Both the position numbers and the translations under genes were made by a program. A stretch of 64,000 nucleotides of DNA from Mariniblastus sp. Its GTDB lineage: Bacteria > Planctomycetota > Planctomycetia > Pirellulales > Pirellulaceae. The DNA lies in assembly GCA_011523945.1 (NCBI GenBank), contig WTFU01000093.1, forward strand, positions 39,385 through 103,384. The letters run 5' to 3'. The notes beneath the pieces were generated by a model. It had not been told where the DNA came from. It was given only the letters and a program-made list of their open reading frames with translations, and did no database searches. This document shows, one piece after another, positions 41,690 through 52,841 of this stretch. The stretch's first letter is position 1. Each line of letters opens with the position of its first letter.

Positions 41690-42601
41690 ATGGCACGCTT
41701 TACTCTTTCAATCTTGTTTTCCTTGCTCGCTGCAGGTCTTTGCGATCTGTCGTATGGACAGGACGTAAAGCAACTCAACGGTCACCCCATCACAGCGGAA
41801 GACCAAGTCACCGAACGGCTGGAACAGACTCCCCAACCAAAGACGATCTCAAACGCCTTCACACGTTCAGCATCCACGGATTCGCCGCATGCTTCGGATA
41901 TCGAAACGCGTGTCGAGACCTCCCAACCAACCGCTCGCAAACATGCGAGAGCCTATTACGAACCCGACGCAACTTATTCTAATCCGGGTCTCAAACCGTT
42001 ACTCAGCCCGTTTCCTCGAACGCGTTCCCCTCGAACCATTGTCAGGTTCGATCAAAAATCGAAACAGGAAATCGTTAACAACCTAGATTTCGAATTTGGC
42101 ACTGTCATGACATTCCCAGCCGTCACTGGAGAAACCGCCAGCTTCAGCAATCCATCGAGTTTCAACCTTGCCTCAACCCCTCTCCATCGATCTTCGGACG
42201 CAGTTAAAACAAAAGTAATTGAAATTTCAGCCGACACTCCGACCTCGCTACTGCCCAATCAACCTAACCTCTTTGAAATCAAGGTTCGAAATCCCTCTGC
42301 ACATAACGCGACCAATATCATTGTCCAAATGCAAATTTCCAAGAACCTTATGTTAACTGGATTTGATCGCGTGAGCTGGATCGATGAAGGTCAAAGAACA
42401 GTCTCTTGGAAAATTGACAACCTGAGTCAGGAAACGGAAACGATTATTCGATTCCGAGCTCAATCCAACGCAATTGGCCGAGAGACGCACCTGATTACAG
42501 CGGGGATGGAAAATCAATTTCAAGGAAAATGTGAACTTGTGACTGAGGTAGTCACAGCGGTCGATGAAAAGCCGCATAAAAACGCCCTTCGCAACAACTA
42601 A
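41690..42601 (+). CDS. Secreted protein with a C-terminal DUF11/Ig-like domain
   Basis: Signal peptide from ATG 41690. C-terminus FEIKVRNPSAHNATNIIVQMQI...VSWKIDNL...IRFRAQ fits DUF11. Confidence 0.75.
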   Translation: MARFTLSILFSLLAAGLCDLSYGQDVKQLNGHPITAEDQVTERLEQTPQPKTISNAFTRSASTDSPHASDIETRVETSQPTARKHARAYYEPDATYSNPGLKPLLSPFPRTRSPRTIVRFDQKSKQEIVNNLDFEFGTVMTFPAVTGETASFSNPSSFNLASTPLHRSSDAVKTKVIEISADTPTSLLPNQPNLFEIKVRNPSAHNATNIIVQMQISKNLMLTGFDRVSWIDEGQRTVSWKIDNLSQETETIIRFRAQSNAIGRETHLITAGMENQFQGKCELVTEVVTAVDEKPHKNALRNN

Positions 42602-42655
42602 TTATCTTCAAGAACTGAATTTCAATTCCATCTTACTGGAACTGTGGAAATTAAA

Positions 42656-44188
42656 ATGTCAATTTGGACGAAACCTCTTGCACTCACCCTTGTATCGGCC
42701 TGCTTCATCCTAGCCGTTTCGCCCCCCAACGGTGCTTTTGCTCAGTCTCCGAAAACGGCGGTCTTACTAACCGGTGCAACCGAATCTCTGCCCCAAGAAG
42801 AAGCGGGGACAACAGCGAAGCTAATCCAAATCTCACCCGCCAATGATCCCAAAACAGCTCCTTCCAAGCCGCATCACGTCGTCAATCATCTTGCCAACTT
42901 CAATGAGACAACAACAGCCCCACCAACTGTAGCAAGCCTCCCACCAAGCGAACCAATTGCTGCCCCAACAACGACTCCGCTACCGACCAACTCAAAGACT
43001 GCGTTACCTACAGTTATTGTCCGTCCACCTGCGGAAGGATTTTTCGAAGGAGACGGTGTTTTAGTTGACGTGGATCGGACGGACGGGAATTCAGCCGATG
43101 AGTTCGCAGTAAAGCTTCGCGTTCCACACTCAGTTAAAATCATTGAAGTGACGCCGATTCAAAATGGTTCAGTGGATCAGAATTATAAAATTCGACTAAC
43201 TCAAAAACCAGACGAACGTCACATCACTTCCGAAATTACTCAATTACTTGAGAAGACACCGGGGGAGCTTGTCTCCAATCAAATCAGTGACGTATCGCCA
43301 AAACTGATGGAAACCAGCCCTGGATTCCAGCGAAACCCATTCTTTAATACCCAGACTCCCCCTCCAATAAAACGAATGGTGAACGAACGAACTGCCAAAG
43401 CACGAGTTGCCGAACTTACAGATAGCGTTCGAGAGAGGGAAACCACGGTCGCTCAAACCATTTCCGTCAAAAAGACACCCAAGCCCTCCGCAATTCCGAA
43501 ACAGCGGGCAACTCAAGCGGTTTCTCCGGCTGCCTCGGTTTTGACCAAAGAAAGTGCGGCTCATCTAAGCAAATCGAAAACTGAATTGAATTTCACGCAG
43601 TATGCAACTCCCACTCTGGCCGAGCCTGCCCCAACCGAAGTTAGGAAAACAAATACAGTTCCGCCGATCGTTTCTTCGAGCCAGGCAAACTCAGCCGAAC
43701 AGGCGATCTACAAAGCGGCTTCTGGTCAAGCAAGATCCTTTGAAATGCTCGAGGGCGTTGTATTCAACTCTGCCGACTCATCCATGCCCAGTCAAGTTCG
43801 AGTAAATTCAAAACTGGTAGGTCCGGAGACAATGGGCTTGAACGATGTTTGTGAATTCCAACTGGAGCTTCACAACCCCGGTAACGATCCGGAGGAAAAT
43901 CTGAGTATTCAAATCACGCTTCCTCTAGGTCTTGAATTCTCGTCGAATAACGATCTTCCTCAAAACGGCACGCAAACTCAAACCTGGAACCTGCCTAGAC
44001 TCGCTGCACAGGAAACACAGATCATCCAGTATTGGGTAAAATCGACGTCAGAGGGCTCCAAGACACAAAAACTTTGGATTAGTTCGAAGGGGAATGCTCC
44101 TCAGGCTCGCCAACTCGACACGATCGTAGATCTCGAATTTGAAACCGACGACGCTCCGATGCTTCCTTTTGAATCTGAAATCGAATAG
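42656..44188 (+). CDS. Secreted Pro/Thr-rich protein with a C-terminal DUF11/Ig-like domain
   Basis: Signal peptide, P/T/S-rich linker, then GPETMGLNDVCEFQLELHNPG...ITLPLGLEF...WNLPRLAAQE. Confidence 0.75.
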   Translation: MSIWTKPLALTLVSACFILAVSPPNGAFAQSPKTAVLLTGATESLPQEEAGTTAKLIQISPANDPKTAPSKPHHVVNHLANFNETTTAPPTVASLPPSEPIAAPTTTPLPTNSKTALPTVIVRPPAEGFFEGDGVLVDVDRTDGNSADEFAVKLRVPHSVKIIEVTPIQNGSVDQNYKIRLTQKPDERHITSEITQLLEKTPGELVSNQISDVSPKLMETSPGFQRNPFFNTQTPPPIKRMVNERTAKARVAELTDSVRERETTVAQTISVKKTPKPSAIPKQRATQAVSPAASVLTKESAAHLSKSKTELNFTQYATPTLAEPAPTEVRKTNTVPPIVSSSQANSAEQAIYKAASGQARSFEMLEGVVFNSADSSMPSQVRVNSKLVGPETMGLNDVCEFQLELHNPGNDPEENLSIQITLPLGLEFSSNNDLPQNGTQTQTWNLPRLAAQETQIIQYWVKSTSEGSKTQKLWISSKGNAPQARQLDTIVDLEFETDDAPMLPFESEIE

Positions 44189-44442
44189 TCTTTCAACGCG
44201 GCCAACATCTCCTCATAACGATAAAATACGGCTGGCAATCCCTTTTTTTACGATGCTAACCTGTTAAGGACTCTTTCTACACTTCTATTCCGCAGTCCTG
44301 ACAGTGAGGACGATTCGAGAACGCTATACCGCTCAATGTTTGGATTGACGCTTTAGCGCTTGATAATTTCGAACTATCGGCAACTAATATAGATAACGCG
44401 TATCACTCCGGCCAAACAACTCGCAACCTTTGCTGATCAAAC

Positions 44443-47400
44443 GTGGACTCTCCGATTCCTTCTCTCGAAACTCAAATATCCTCCGCGATGTTGCGCGATC
44501 AGTTTCGACTAAAGCGTGAACTTCAAAGACTCCGAAACGCAAAACTTGCCGACAAAGACACTCAAGTGGTATTGGAATCGTTGCGTGAACGACTTGACCG
44601 TTCCATTGCCAAGCGACGTAGTCGAGAAGAAAATTTACCAAAAACCAATATTGACCCAACGCTGCCGATCTTCGAGCGTCACGATGAGATCATCGAAACC
44701 ATACAGAAGAACCAGGTCGTTATTATAAGCGGCGAAACTGGAAGCGGAAAATCGACGCAACTGCCGCTGATGTGTCTTCAGGCAGGATTCGGTACGGGCG
44801 GAATCATTGGGCACACACAACCCCGTCGAATCGCTGCAAGAGGCGTTGCATCACGCATCGCCCATCAGATCAAGCGTCCTCTTGGAGAAGAGGTTGGATT
44901 CAAAATTCGATTCGCAGATCAAACACAAGATCGAACTTACATTAAATTAATGACCGACGGAATTCTCTTAGCGGAGACGCAAAGTGATCGGTTTCTTGAA
45001 CAATACAGTCTGATCATTGTCGATGAAGCTCACGAACGCTCCTTGAATATCGATTTTTTACTCGGTTATTTAAAGAAGGTTCTCACCAAACGAAAAGATC
45101 TCCGTCTGATCATTACCTCCGCGACCATCGACACTCAGCGGTTTGCCGACCACTTTACTCAAACAGTAGATCATCCGGTTCCGATTATCTCGGTAGAGGG
45201 CAGGACTTTCCCAGTCGAAATCCGCTACCAGCCTCCCGAAGAAACAAGTGATCTCGGCCGAGAAAAAACTGAAATCGAAGAGCATACGGTGCGCGTGTGT
45301 CGCGAATTAGCTTCGCTGGACGATGGAGACATGCTCGTTTTTCTACCAACAGAAGGGGACATCCGTTCGCTCAATAAAAAACTTCGAGCAGCACATCTAC
45401 CCGGTCGCCAAACTGAAATCCTTCCTCTTTACGCACGGCTTTCAACCGACCAACAGAATCAAATCTTTCAACCCGGAAAAAAAAGACGCATTGTTCTTGC
45501 AACCAACGTGGCTGAATCATCAATCACCGTACCCCGCATTCGTTATGTGATCGATTCCGGAACCGCAAGAATGAGTTTTTATGCTCCGCGAAGTAAAGTT
45601 CAGCGATTGCCGATCCAAGCAGTATCGCAAGCCTCAGCTAATCAAAGGGCAGGGCGGTGCGGAAGAATTGGGCCGGGAATCTGTGTTCGTTTGTATAGCC
45701 AAGAGGACTATGAAGCTCGGCCGCATTTCACCACCCCTGAAATCAGACGCACCAATCTTGCATCGGTAATTCTTCAAACGCTCGCGCTCAAACTTGGAAA
45801 GATCGACGAATTTCCATTTCTTGATCCACCGCGAATCGAAGCAATCCGCGACGGATTCAAAACGCTATTCGAACTTGGGGCAGTCAACGAGCGACGCCAG
45901 CTAACTCCCCTCGGCAGGTCGCTTGCCCGGATGCCTGTCGACCCCAGAATCGGAAGGATGATTTTTGCAGCCGACAATGAAAATTGCCTAAGTGAGATCT
46001 TAATTATTGCCGCTGCATTGGAGATTCAGGATCCGCGTGTTCGCCCCCCGGAAAGACGCCAAGCGGCCGACACACAACACGAAAAATTCCGGAATGAAAA
46101 GAGTGACTTCCTCAGCCTCTTAAAGCTCTGGGATTATTTTCACCAACTCAAAGAGGATCTCTCCCGTCCGAAATTAAAACTAGCGTGCCAACAGAATTTC
46201 TTTTCCTACTCACTGATGCGGCAGTGGCAGGACATTCACCGCCAACTTCGGTCAATGGCCAGCGACCAGGAATTGAAAACCCGCGCTCGCAAAGACGACT
46301 ACAATGCGATTCATCGAAGCCTATTATCCGGATTGCTTTCCGGAGTTGCTCTCGCAGGCGATCGTCACGAGTACACGGGGGCGGGGAATATTAAATTTCA
46401 TCTTTGGCCGGGATCAGGGATTTTCGAGTCGAAACCCCAATGGATCGTTGCAGCGGAAGTCGTAGAAACCTCTCGCCGATACGGTAGAACCATTGCAAAG
46501 ATCTCCCCCGAGTGGATCGAGCCACTAGCAGAGCATCTCGTCAAGCGACGCTACTCTGACCCTCACTGGAGCAAAAAAAAGCAAACAGTTCTCGCCTCTG
46601 AACATGTCACACTCTTCGGACTTCCCATCGTCGCCGGCCGACTGAAAAATTACACGAAAATTGATCCGGAATTATCTCGAGATCTGTTCATCGAGCGTGG
46701 ACTCGTGGGCAACGAATTTGAGGATTCTCAAAATTTCTATCAGCACAATCAGTGGCTGCTTGAAGAAGTAAAATCCGAAGCTGCCAAAACGCGTGACCGC
46801 AATTTGATTGTTGACAACGACGATCTCATTAATTTTTATCAAGAAAAATTACCCGAATCAGTTGTCGACCGATTCAGTCTAAAGCGGGCAATTAAAAATT
46901 CGCCGGAACTCGATCAACGCCTGCGAATGACACGGGCGGACTTGCTTCCCTCTTCTGAAATCACCGATGTTGGGCAGCAATTTCCAGATCAGGTGCAAGT
47001 CGGATCGATGCAAATCCCCATTCAATACCGGTTCTCGCCTGGAGCCAAAGATGATGGGGCAACGATTAAACTACCTCTCGAAGGAGTCGGCCAACTCGAT
47101 GATGCTCAAACTGGATGGTTGATTCCAGGCCTACTTGAAACTCGAATAATTTCGCTAATTCGAAGTTTACCAAAATCGGTACGTCGGAACCTCGTTCCTG
47201 CTCCAGACACGGCCAAAAGAGTAGCAAAGGAAATCAACTTTGGGCAGGGAATCTTCCTCAATTCTGTTGCGCAGGAACTGTCCAAAATTGGCGGAATTCC
47301 CATTTCTTCCGAGATGTTCAAAACTGACAAAATGGAAGATCACCTAAAAGTAAACCTGCAAGTTCTAGACGAAACTGGAGCGGTTGTAGCCGAAGGTCGG

Positions 47401-48345
47401 TCCATCGCCGAAATTCGCGAACAACTCGGCGATGAGTACAAGAGTAACATTGTTGAAATTGAAGATTCCAACTGGAATCGTGATGGGCTTCAGAATTGGT
47501 GCTGGCAAGATTTCCCAAAGGAAATCACCATTCAACGGGGAGCGACAAAGTTAGCATCTTACCCAGCTATTCTAGATCAAAAGGACGGGGTGGGTTTACG
47601 ACTTACTGACTCAACCAATGCCAGTGACAAAACCACACGTCAAGGACTCGTACGGCTCTTTCGAATCACCAACCGAAAGTCGATAAAATCACAAGTGAAT
47701 TGGCTACCCGATTTAAACCGGCACGCCATCCCACTGTCAAAGATCATCCCCTCCGGCGAATTGAGCAATCAATTATCTGATTTGATAGCCCGAATAGCAT
47801 TTGTTGACCGGAACAAAATCCCAAGATCCCGAGTGGAATTTGACACGCTTCAGTCAAACGCCGTTGAGCGAATCAGTATTGCCAGTCAAAGTGTTGCCAA
47901 ATGGCTACCCAAACTCGCAGATGCTGTCCATGAGCTGCACCTAAGGTTGGAGAGTATATCTTCTCGGTACACCGAGACAAAAAACGATATTTCATCACAA
48001 GTCAACGAATTGAAGGCTGGCGGTTTTCTTTCAGAAACACCATGGCCGTGGCTTGAGCAATACCCTCGTTATTTCGAGGCGATGAGCTATCGATTGGAAA
48101 AACTCGATTCGACTTCAACCGAAAAAGAACACGCCAATACAAAGGAAATTGCCTATCACTGGGAACGCTACCAAGCCGAGACTGCGCTGCACTTGAACCA
48201 CGGCATTGTGGATCCGGAACTTGAAACGTACAGGTGGATGATCGAAGAGCTAAGAGTCTCTCTGTTTGCTCAACCCCTGGGAACCATGGTGAAAATTTCA
48301 CCGCAGCGAATGGAAAAACAATGGAGTCGCATCAGGCACACTTGA
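44443..48345 (+). CDS. hrpA: ATP-dependent RNA helicase HrpA
   Basis: GETGSGKST, TQPRRIAA, DEAHERS, SAT, ATNVAESSIT, QRAGRCGR, and a HrpA-type C-terminus (WMIEELRVSLFAQ). Confidence 0.96.
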   Translation: MDSPIPSLETQISSAMLRDQFRLKRELQRLRNAKLADKDTQVVLESLRERLDRSIAKRRSREENLPKTNIDPTLPIFERHDEIIETIQKNQVVIISGETGSGKSTQLPLMCLQAGFGTGGIIGHTQPRRIAARGVASRIAHQIKRPLGEEVGFKIRFADQTQDRTYIKLMTDGILLAETQSDRFLEQYSLIIVDEAHERSLNIDFLLGYLKKVLTKRKDLRLIITSATIDTQRFADHFTQTVDHPVPIISVEGRTFPVEIRYQPPEETSDLGREKTEIEEHTVRVCRELASLDDGDMLVFLPTEGDIRSLNKKLRAAHLPGRQTEILPLYARLSTDQQNQIFQPGKKRRIVLATNVAESSITVPRIRYVIDSGTARMSFYAPRSKVQRLPIQAVSQASANQRAGRCGRIGPGICVRLYSQEDYEARPHFTTPEIRRTNLASVILQTLALKLGKIDEFPFLDPPRIEAIRDGFKTLFELGAVNERRQLTPLGRSLARMPVDPRIGRMIFAADNENCLSEILIIAAALEIQDPRVRPPERRQAADTQHEKFRNEKSDFLSLLKLWDYFHQLKEDLSRPKLKLACQQNFFSYSLMRQWQDIHRQLRSMASDQELKTRARKDDYNAIHRSLLSGLLSGVALAGDRHEYTGAGNIKFHLWPGSGIFESKPQWIVAAEVVETSRRYGRTIAKISPEWIEPLAEHLVKRRYSDPHWSKKKQTVLASEHVTLFGLPIVAGRLKNYTKIDPELSRDLFIERGLVGNEFEDSQNFYQHNQWLLEEVKSEAAKTRDRNLIVDNDDLINFYQEKLPESVVDRFSLKRAIKNSPELDQRLRMTRADLLPSSEITDVGQQFPDQVQVGSMQIPIQYRFSPGAKDDGATIKLPLEGVGQLDDAQTGWLIPGLLETRIISLIRSLPKSVRRNLVPAPDTAKRVAKEINFGQGIFLNSVAQELSKIGGIPISSEMFKTDKMEDHLKVNLQVLDETGAVVAEGRSIAEIREQLGDEYKSNIVEIEDSNWNRDGLQNWCWQDFPKEITIQRGATKLASYPAILDQKDGVGLRLTDSTNASDKTTRQGLVRLFRITNRKSIKSQVNWLPDLNRHAIPLSKIIPSGELSNQLSDLIARIAFVDRNKIPRSRVEFDTLQSNAVERISIASQSVAKWLPKLADAVHELHLRLESISSRYTETKNDISSQVNELKAGGFLSETPWPWLEQYPRYFEAMSYRLEKLDSTSTEKEHANTKEIAYHWERYQAETALHLNHGIVDPELETYRWMIEELRVSLFAQPLGTMVKISPQRMEKQWSRIRHT

Positions 48346-48386
48346 TAATAGTCAATTCGCCGAGACACAAAATCTATTAAGCTCCA

Positions 48387-50621
48387 TTACTTTTGATCCG
48401 CTGGATTAAAATTGGGGGCAGAAAAGGCGGGCATCTTAAATCCCCCGGTCTTCGATGCTTCGTTTCCGCTCTCCTCAGCGCCATTCTCTCTGATTGGCTG
48501 AAATCCGCTTGGACGAAATGGCTTAGTCTCTGGAGGGGCGTCTGACCTAAAATTTTCACTAAGCGGTTTGGAAAATTGTTTAACCTGAGCAGGCGGTGTC
48601 ATTTTGAAACCGGCCGGGGGATTGAATCCACTCGTCACGGACGCTGCCTTCGAGTCGGTGGAATTCATAACCGGTGGCTTACTTGCCGGCGACAAGGAAA
48701 AACCTGGCCCCGACTCAACAGCCTTGGGGAGAGGTGCCGGCTGCGCCGCAATACCACTGCCCGAAGGTGGGCGCCGGTTAGATATCAAGTCTGACTCCGG
48801 TGGAGAGAGGATGTCCTGAATCCGAGCTTCTTGCTTTTCCTGCAATACCGATGTCGTTCCCGCCTGCGCATCGCCTACGGCTGATCCAGCATTAAAGTCG
48901 GGAGCCCTGGCGATACTAACCGTCGGCGAATCAACGCTGCCAATCACCGAAGTCGGAGCATTACTTAAATTCGATGCGACGGGTGGAGTTTTCGCTGGAA
49001 TCACACTTGTTGCAGCCACGTCGGCCGGAATGACCGTAGGCAGAGTTGATTTTGACGAGAGTCCATTTTGCGGTCTTGATGTAACAGGGACTTTAGCAAT
49101 CAACATCTCAACCACCTCTACAGCCGACTTGGGCTGGGTAGCGACGCTTAGGGCATAATCTCCGATAGTTCGGTTATAACTCACAACCGATGTGATCAAG
49201 TCACGCTCCGCCGCATATAAAACCTTCCCAGCTTCGAGCGCGGTGAGCAAATGTGTTTCTTCAGTTGGGTCAAGGATTCGATCAGCTGCAGATTTCGCAT
49301 ACCCCACTGCTTCGGCGCGTCTTTCAATGAGAGCGAGCATTTTCGGCAGCACCAAATCAATCCCCCGAAACTTAGATGGTACAAGCTGCCGGGAAAAATA
49401 AAGCTCATAGTTTGTATTGTATCGTTGAATCAACGGCAAGTCATTTGGAATTGGACTCACCGAATCCTGACTTAAAACAGGCCAATACTGAGCGAGCGCC
49501 GCCTGTGATTTCACCAACTTAATTTCCGCAGCCATCACCTCATTAGCAACGACTGCCTCGACGGCAGTCAACAACGCCTGCTCCGAACTTGAAGGGGGAA
49601 CCGGCACTTGTTTTAACCACTGGCTGTATTTCTCAGAGGCAACATAGTTCGCCCAGTCACTGTAGGTCGTCCAATACTGCTGTACCAAATTACTTCGGCG
49701 TTCAAGCGTAAGCGGTTGGCGGAAAAAATCTACGAGATTCACTGGCTTGCCTGGCAGAGGATTCTCATACTGCTCAAGCGAATATCTTAAGATCAACTCT
49801 TTTGCGGTCGCCGGTGTGAACTTAGTTTTTTTATAAACAGCTTCCGAAAAACCGGCGAGCTGTACTGCGTTTGCCTGCCGATCAGGAGCAAAAGCGTTCG
49901 CTTCATCAGGCGTGTGAGTTGGAATCTCGGATGCGGTCAACACTTCTCGAATCGGTTGATCCAAGGGTGGCGCTACCTGAGATCCTTGCGATTCCGTCTG
50001 CTCTTTTTTCAAAACCGGTAGAAAATCCGACCGTAAATTATCAGCGGTAAATTTAGGTACAGACTGTTGAGCTCGCACAACATCGTCTTGAATCGGCATA
50101 AACGAACCACCGGTAGAGAGGGGGGATTCTTCAATTGCCATTTCTGCCTGAGCAGGAACAACACTAGGGTCTGGCCTTCGCGAAACCGCTTCCGCTCTTA
50201 AATCATTCACAAGGGGAGCCCCAAAGCTCTTTACGTTCGGCCCAGCCGGCATCAATAGATCTCTTGGTGGTTCAGGCGTTCCAATTGCCTCCAATAAAAC
50301 TTCTGAATCCGCATCCTCCTCGGCTTTGCCGATCGAAAGAGATGAAACCAGACCGGGGGCTGAAACGTGCTTTTTGCTTAACTTTTGATGAAAACCGGTG
50401 CCTGTCCCATCCCCTTCATTGGAATTTGAACTGACAACCCTGCTGGGAAGCGGTGGCGCTGAAAAGCCAAACTCACTCTCCTGAGCAAACCCTAAAATGG
50501 GAAATCCGAGTACCAACAAGACAATGATCGATTCAAGCTTCTGCTTAATCAGCCCAAAACAATCTTCGATTAATTGCGATACCAAAATGAGCATCCGTGC
50601 ACCTCTGGTTAGTGATTTCAT
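48387..50621 (-). CDS. Exported hypothetical protein with a central TolC-like helical region and Pro/Ser-rich flanks
   Basis: Hydrophobic N-terminal segment. The central helices (LVQQYWTTY...AEIKLVKSQAAL...ERDLITSVVSYN) resemble outer-membrane efflux protein helices; recognised by eye only. Confidence 0.6.
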   Translation of the reverse strand: MKSLTRGARMLILVSQLIEDCFGLIKQKLESIIVLLVLGFPILGFAQESEFGFSAPPLPSRVVSSNSNEGDGTGTGFHQKLSKKHVSAPGLVSSLSIGKAEEDADSEVLLEAIGTPEPPRDLLMPAGPNVKSFGAPLVNDLRAEAVSRRPDPSVVPAQAEMAIEESPLSTGGSFMPIQDDVVRAQQSVPKFTADNLRSDFLPVLKKEQTESQGSQVAPPLDQPIREVLTASEIPTHTPDEANAFAPDRQANAVQLAGFSEAVYKKTKFTPATAKELILRYSLEQYENPLPGKPVNLVDFFRQPLTLERRSNLVQQYWTTYSDWANYVASEKYSQWLKQVPVPPSSSEQALLTAVEAVVANEVMAAEIKLVKSQAALAQYWPVLSQDSVSPIPNDLPLIQRYNTNYELYFSRQLVPSKFRGIDLVLPKMLALIERRAEAVGYAKSAADRILDPTEETHLLTALEAGKVLYAAERDLITSVVSYNRTIGDYALSVATQPKSAVEVVEMLIAKVPVTSRPQNGLSSKSTLPTVIPADVAATSVIPAKTPPVASNLSNAPTSVIGSVDSPTVSIARAPDFNAGSAVGDAQAGTTSVLQEKQEARIQDILSPPESDLISNRRPPSGSGIAAQPAPLPKAVESGPGFSLSPASKPPVMNSTDSKAASVTSGFNPPAGFKMTPPAQVKQFSKPLSENFRSDAPPETKPFRPSGFQPIRENGAEESGNEASKTGGFKMPAFSAPNFNPADQK

Positions 50622-50780
50622 GCGTGCCCCGTTTAAAATACAGAACCGCCATCACTGAATTTGTCCCGTATCAAATTATTAGTCAATGCTGATTATGTTT
50701 AAGCCCCAAACCACACCACCACCAACCCAACCGGCCCAAGCTACCGATCTTACTTTCCTCACTCACTTGATTATAAAAAA

Positions 50781-52166
50781 ATGCCCCCGATAATTACTCT
50801 GGGGGCACTTATGCAAAGCATAAAAGCGTTGAACAGTTTTAAAAGCACTTACAGATTCGTCTCGAGGAACCGTTGTATAACACCACGTGGACTACGACTC
50901 TTGTATGTGACAGCACTTTTGATTCTGTCGAATGCTACTGCGGAAGCTTGCCAACTCCTCAGTCTTCCTGCGCCCCCCCTCCCAACCAATACGGAGAAAT
51001 CCGTTCAAGCATTCTTGAACGAGTATTGGAATCGTTCTCCACAGAATGCTCTCGCCTCTGAGACTTTTTATAGAGATCTTAAATCGCCTTCAGCCATCGT
51101 TTCGGTTGCCTACGCAGTAAATCGTCTTCAACAAAACAAAACCAATGAAGCAAAAGTTGTTGCGGAAAAAATTACCGCGACCTTTCCAGAGAATCTCGAC
51201 GGATGGATGTTGATTTCGTGGTTGAATGCATTGGAAGATAAATTTGATAGTTCGCTCGTCTCCATTCAGTCCCTAAATCGCCAACTATTGGCTAACGCTG
51301 ACCTTTCGATGGAATCCAGATCCTCCATTTATTCTAGATTAGGGAGGTTGATCGGTTACCTCGAGGGGCCAGTTGCCCATCGCGTCAATCAGAATTTACT
51401 GCTCACGACGACCCAGATGATTACGAGGACTGCGCCTCCAAAAAACCTTCACGACTTCAATTTGGGGCGCGCGAGGGTGTCGGACAAATACGCTGAAATC
51501 AAAAACAACCAAACGCAAAAGAAAAACGAAGAACTCGCAAAAGTTGCACAACGCGATCAAAAAATAGAGCAGATTCTAATTCGGGAAAACGAAAGTTTGT
51601 CAGATTCAGAACAAAGACTTTCCGAGGAAATTGCCAGCGTCAGGCAGGACGCCAACGCCAGAATTTCAACACTTGAAAATCAAGGCTCTGAAATTGAGCA
51701 GGAACGAACAGCTACCTCGTTCGAAATTCAAAACCGCCAAAACAGACTTCTCTATCTCTATGAAGAACTGGCCCTGTTGAACCTAGGTCCAGTCAGTCGA
51801 TTTTGGGCTTATGATCCACGGATTGAGATTCGAAATATTGAATTTCAACTATCGCAAAAGCGAAGCGATTGGAATGGCTACTCATCTCAATTGCAAAATA
51901 TCAATAATGAAATATCTAGGATCCAAGTCTTCGCCGAACAAAGAACCGATACGCTTACCAAAGAATTAAAAAAAATTAATGGCTCAAGACGTCGTAATCT
52001 CGGCAGACTCAAACGCATTGCTTCGGGGCCTCAGATAGCCGATGGCAAAAAAAATGCAATGAAAATCCGGTTAACATCGCTGGCCACCTACGATGAAATT
52101 TCAGAAGAACTTTATCGCCAAGAAATCCTCAACCAATTTCCTCGGAACCCAAACCTTAAAAATTAA
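50781..52166 (+). CDS. Hypothetical TPR-like/coiled-coil exported protein
   Basis: 461-aa ORF: hydrophobic signal-like segment, helical repeat region, long coiled coil. Start uncertain. Confidence 0.7.
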   Translation: MPPIITLGALMQSIKALNSFKSTYRFVSRNRCITPRGLRLLYVTALLILSNATAEACQLLSLPAPPLPTNTEKSVQAFLNEYWNRSPQNALASETFYRDLKSPSAIVSVAYAVNRLQQNKTNEAKVVAEKITATFPENLDGWMLISWLNALEDKFDSSLVSIQSLNRQLLANADLSMESRSSIYSRLGRLIGYLEGPVAHRVNQNLLLTTTQMITRTAPPKNLHDFNLGRARVSDKYAEIKNNQTQKKNEELAKVAQRDQKIEQILIRENESLSDSEQRLSEEIASVRQDANARISTLENQGSEIEQERTATSFEIQNRQNRLLYLYEELALLNLGPVSRFWAYDPRIEIRNIEFQLSQKRSDWNGYSSQLQNINNEISRIQVFAEQRTDTLTKELKKINGSRRRNLGRLKRIASGPQIADGKKNAMKIRLTSLATYDEISEELYRQEILNQFPRNPNLKN

Positions 52167-52183
52167 TCTTGAAATGATCGGGC

Positions 52184-52777
52184 TCAGTTCATTTCTAATA
52201 GTTCACCAATCCATTCCTTGAGTCGCTCAATCGGCAAGCCGACAACATTTGATTCGAGCCCGCTCTCAAGACGGAGCCAACTGAGACCATCCTGATACCC
52301 AAAAGCTCCGGCCTTACCGATCCAATTGTCCGTATCAAGAATTTCTTGTAACTGTTGGCTCTCGAGAAGATCCATCGTCAACACCGATTGCTCCAAGTGA
52401 AGCAAGTGGCAATCACTCGGTTTTTTCCACAGACACACTCCGGTTAGTACGCGGTGCTTTTTTCCACTCATTAACATCAGCATTTTCTCCGCATGTTCTC
52501 GATCAACCGGTTTACCAAGAATCTCTCCCTGGCACTCCGCCACAGTATCAGCAGCGAGTATGACTCCGGAATTATATTTTGGAGCGATGGCACGTGCTTT
52601 GAGAAAGGCTGATTGCAAGACGAGATCTTCGGGTGAGCACTTTGAACAAATACCTCTCTCCACCGAATCGTCAGGGGCATCAGTGATGAATTGAAATCCT
52701 GCACTTTCCAAAAGCTTCGCGCGACGCGGCGATTGGCTTGCAAGGATGAGGGAGAACTCAGTGGTTTGTTTGGTCAT
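52184..52777 (-). CDS. maf: Maf family nucleoside triphosphate pyrophosphatase
   Basis: LILASQSPRR, ILAADTV, ILGKP, GKAGAFG, NVVGLP. Confidence 0.95.
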   Translation of the reverse strand: MTKQTTEFSLILASQSPRRAKLLESAGFQFITDAPDDSVERGICSKCSPEDLVLQSAFLKARAIAPKYNSGVILAADTVAECQGEILGKPVDREHAEKMLMLMSGKKHRVLTGVCLWKKPSDCHLLHLEQSVLTMDLLESQQLQEILDTDNWIGKAGAFGYQDGLSWLRLESGLESNVVGLPIERLKEWIGELLEMN

Positions 52778-52841
52778 ACCGGTTTAATGTGCTAGTCTTG
52801 TGAAATTGTCATCTCGTACAGCGGCCAGTTAAATTTTGTGA

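Noticed and set aside
42348-42356. dif-like XerD arm TTATGTTAA
   Set aside because: It lies inside a CDS and lacks a matching XerC arm. No dif site was found near xerC either.
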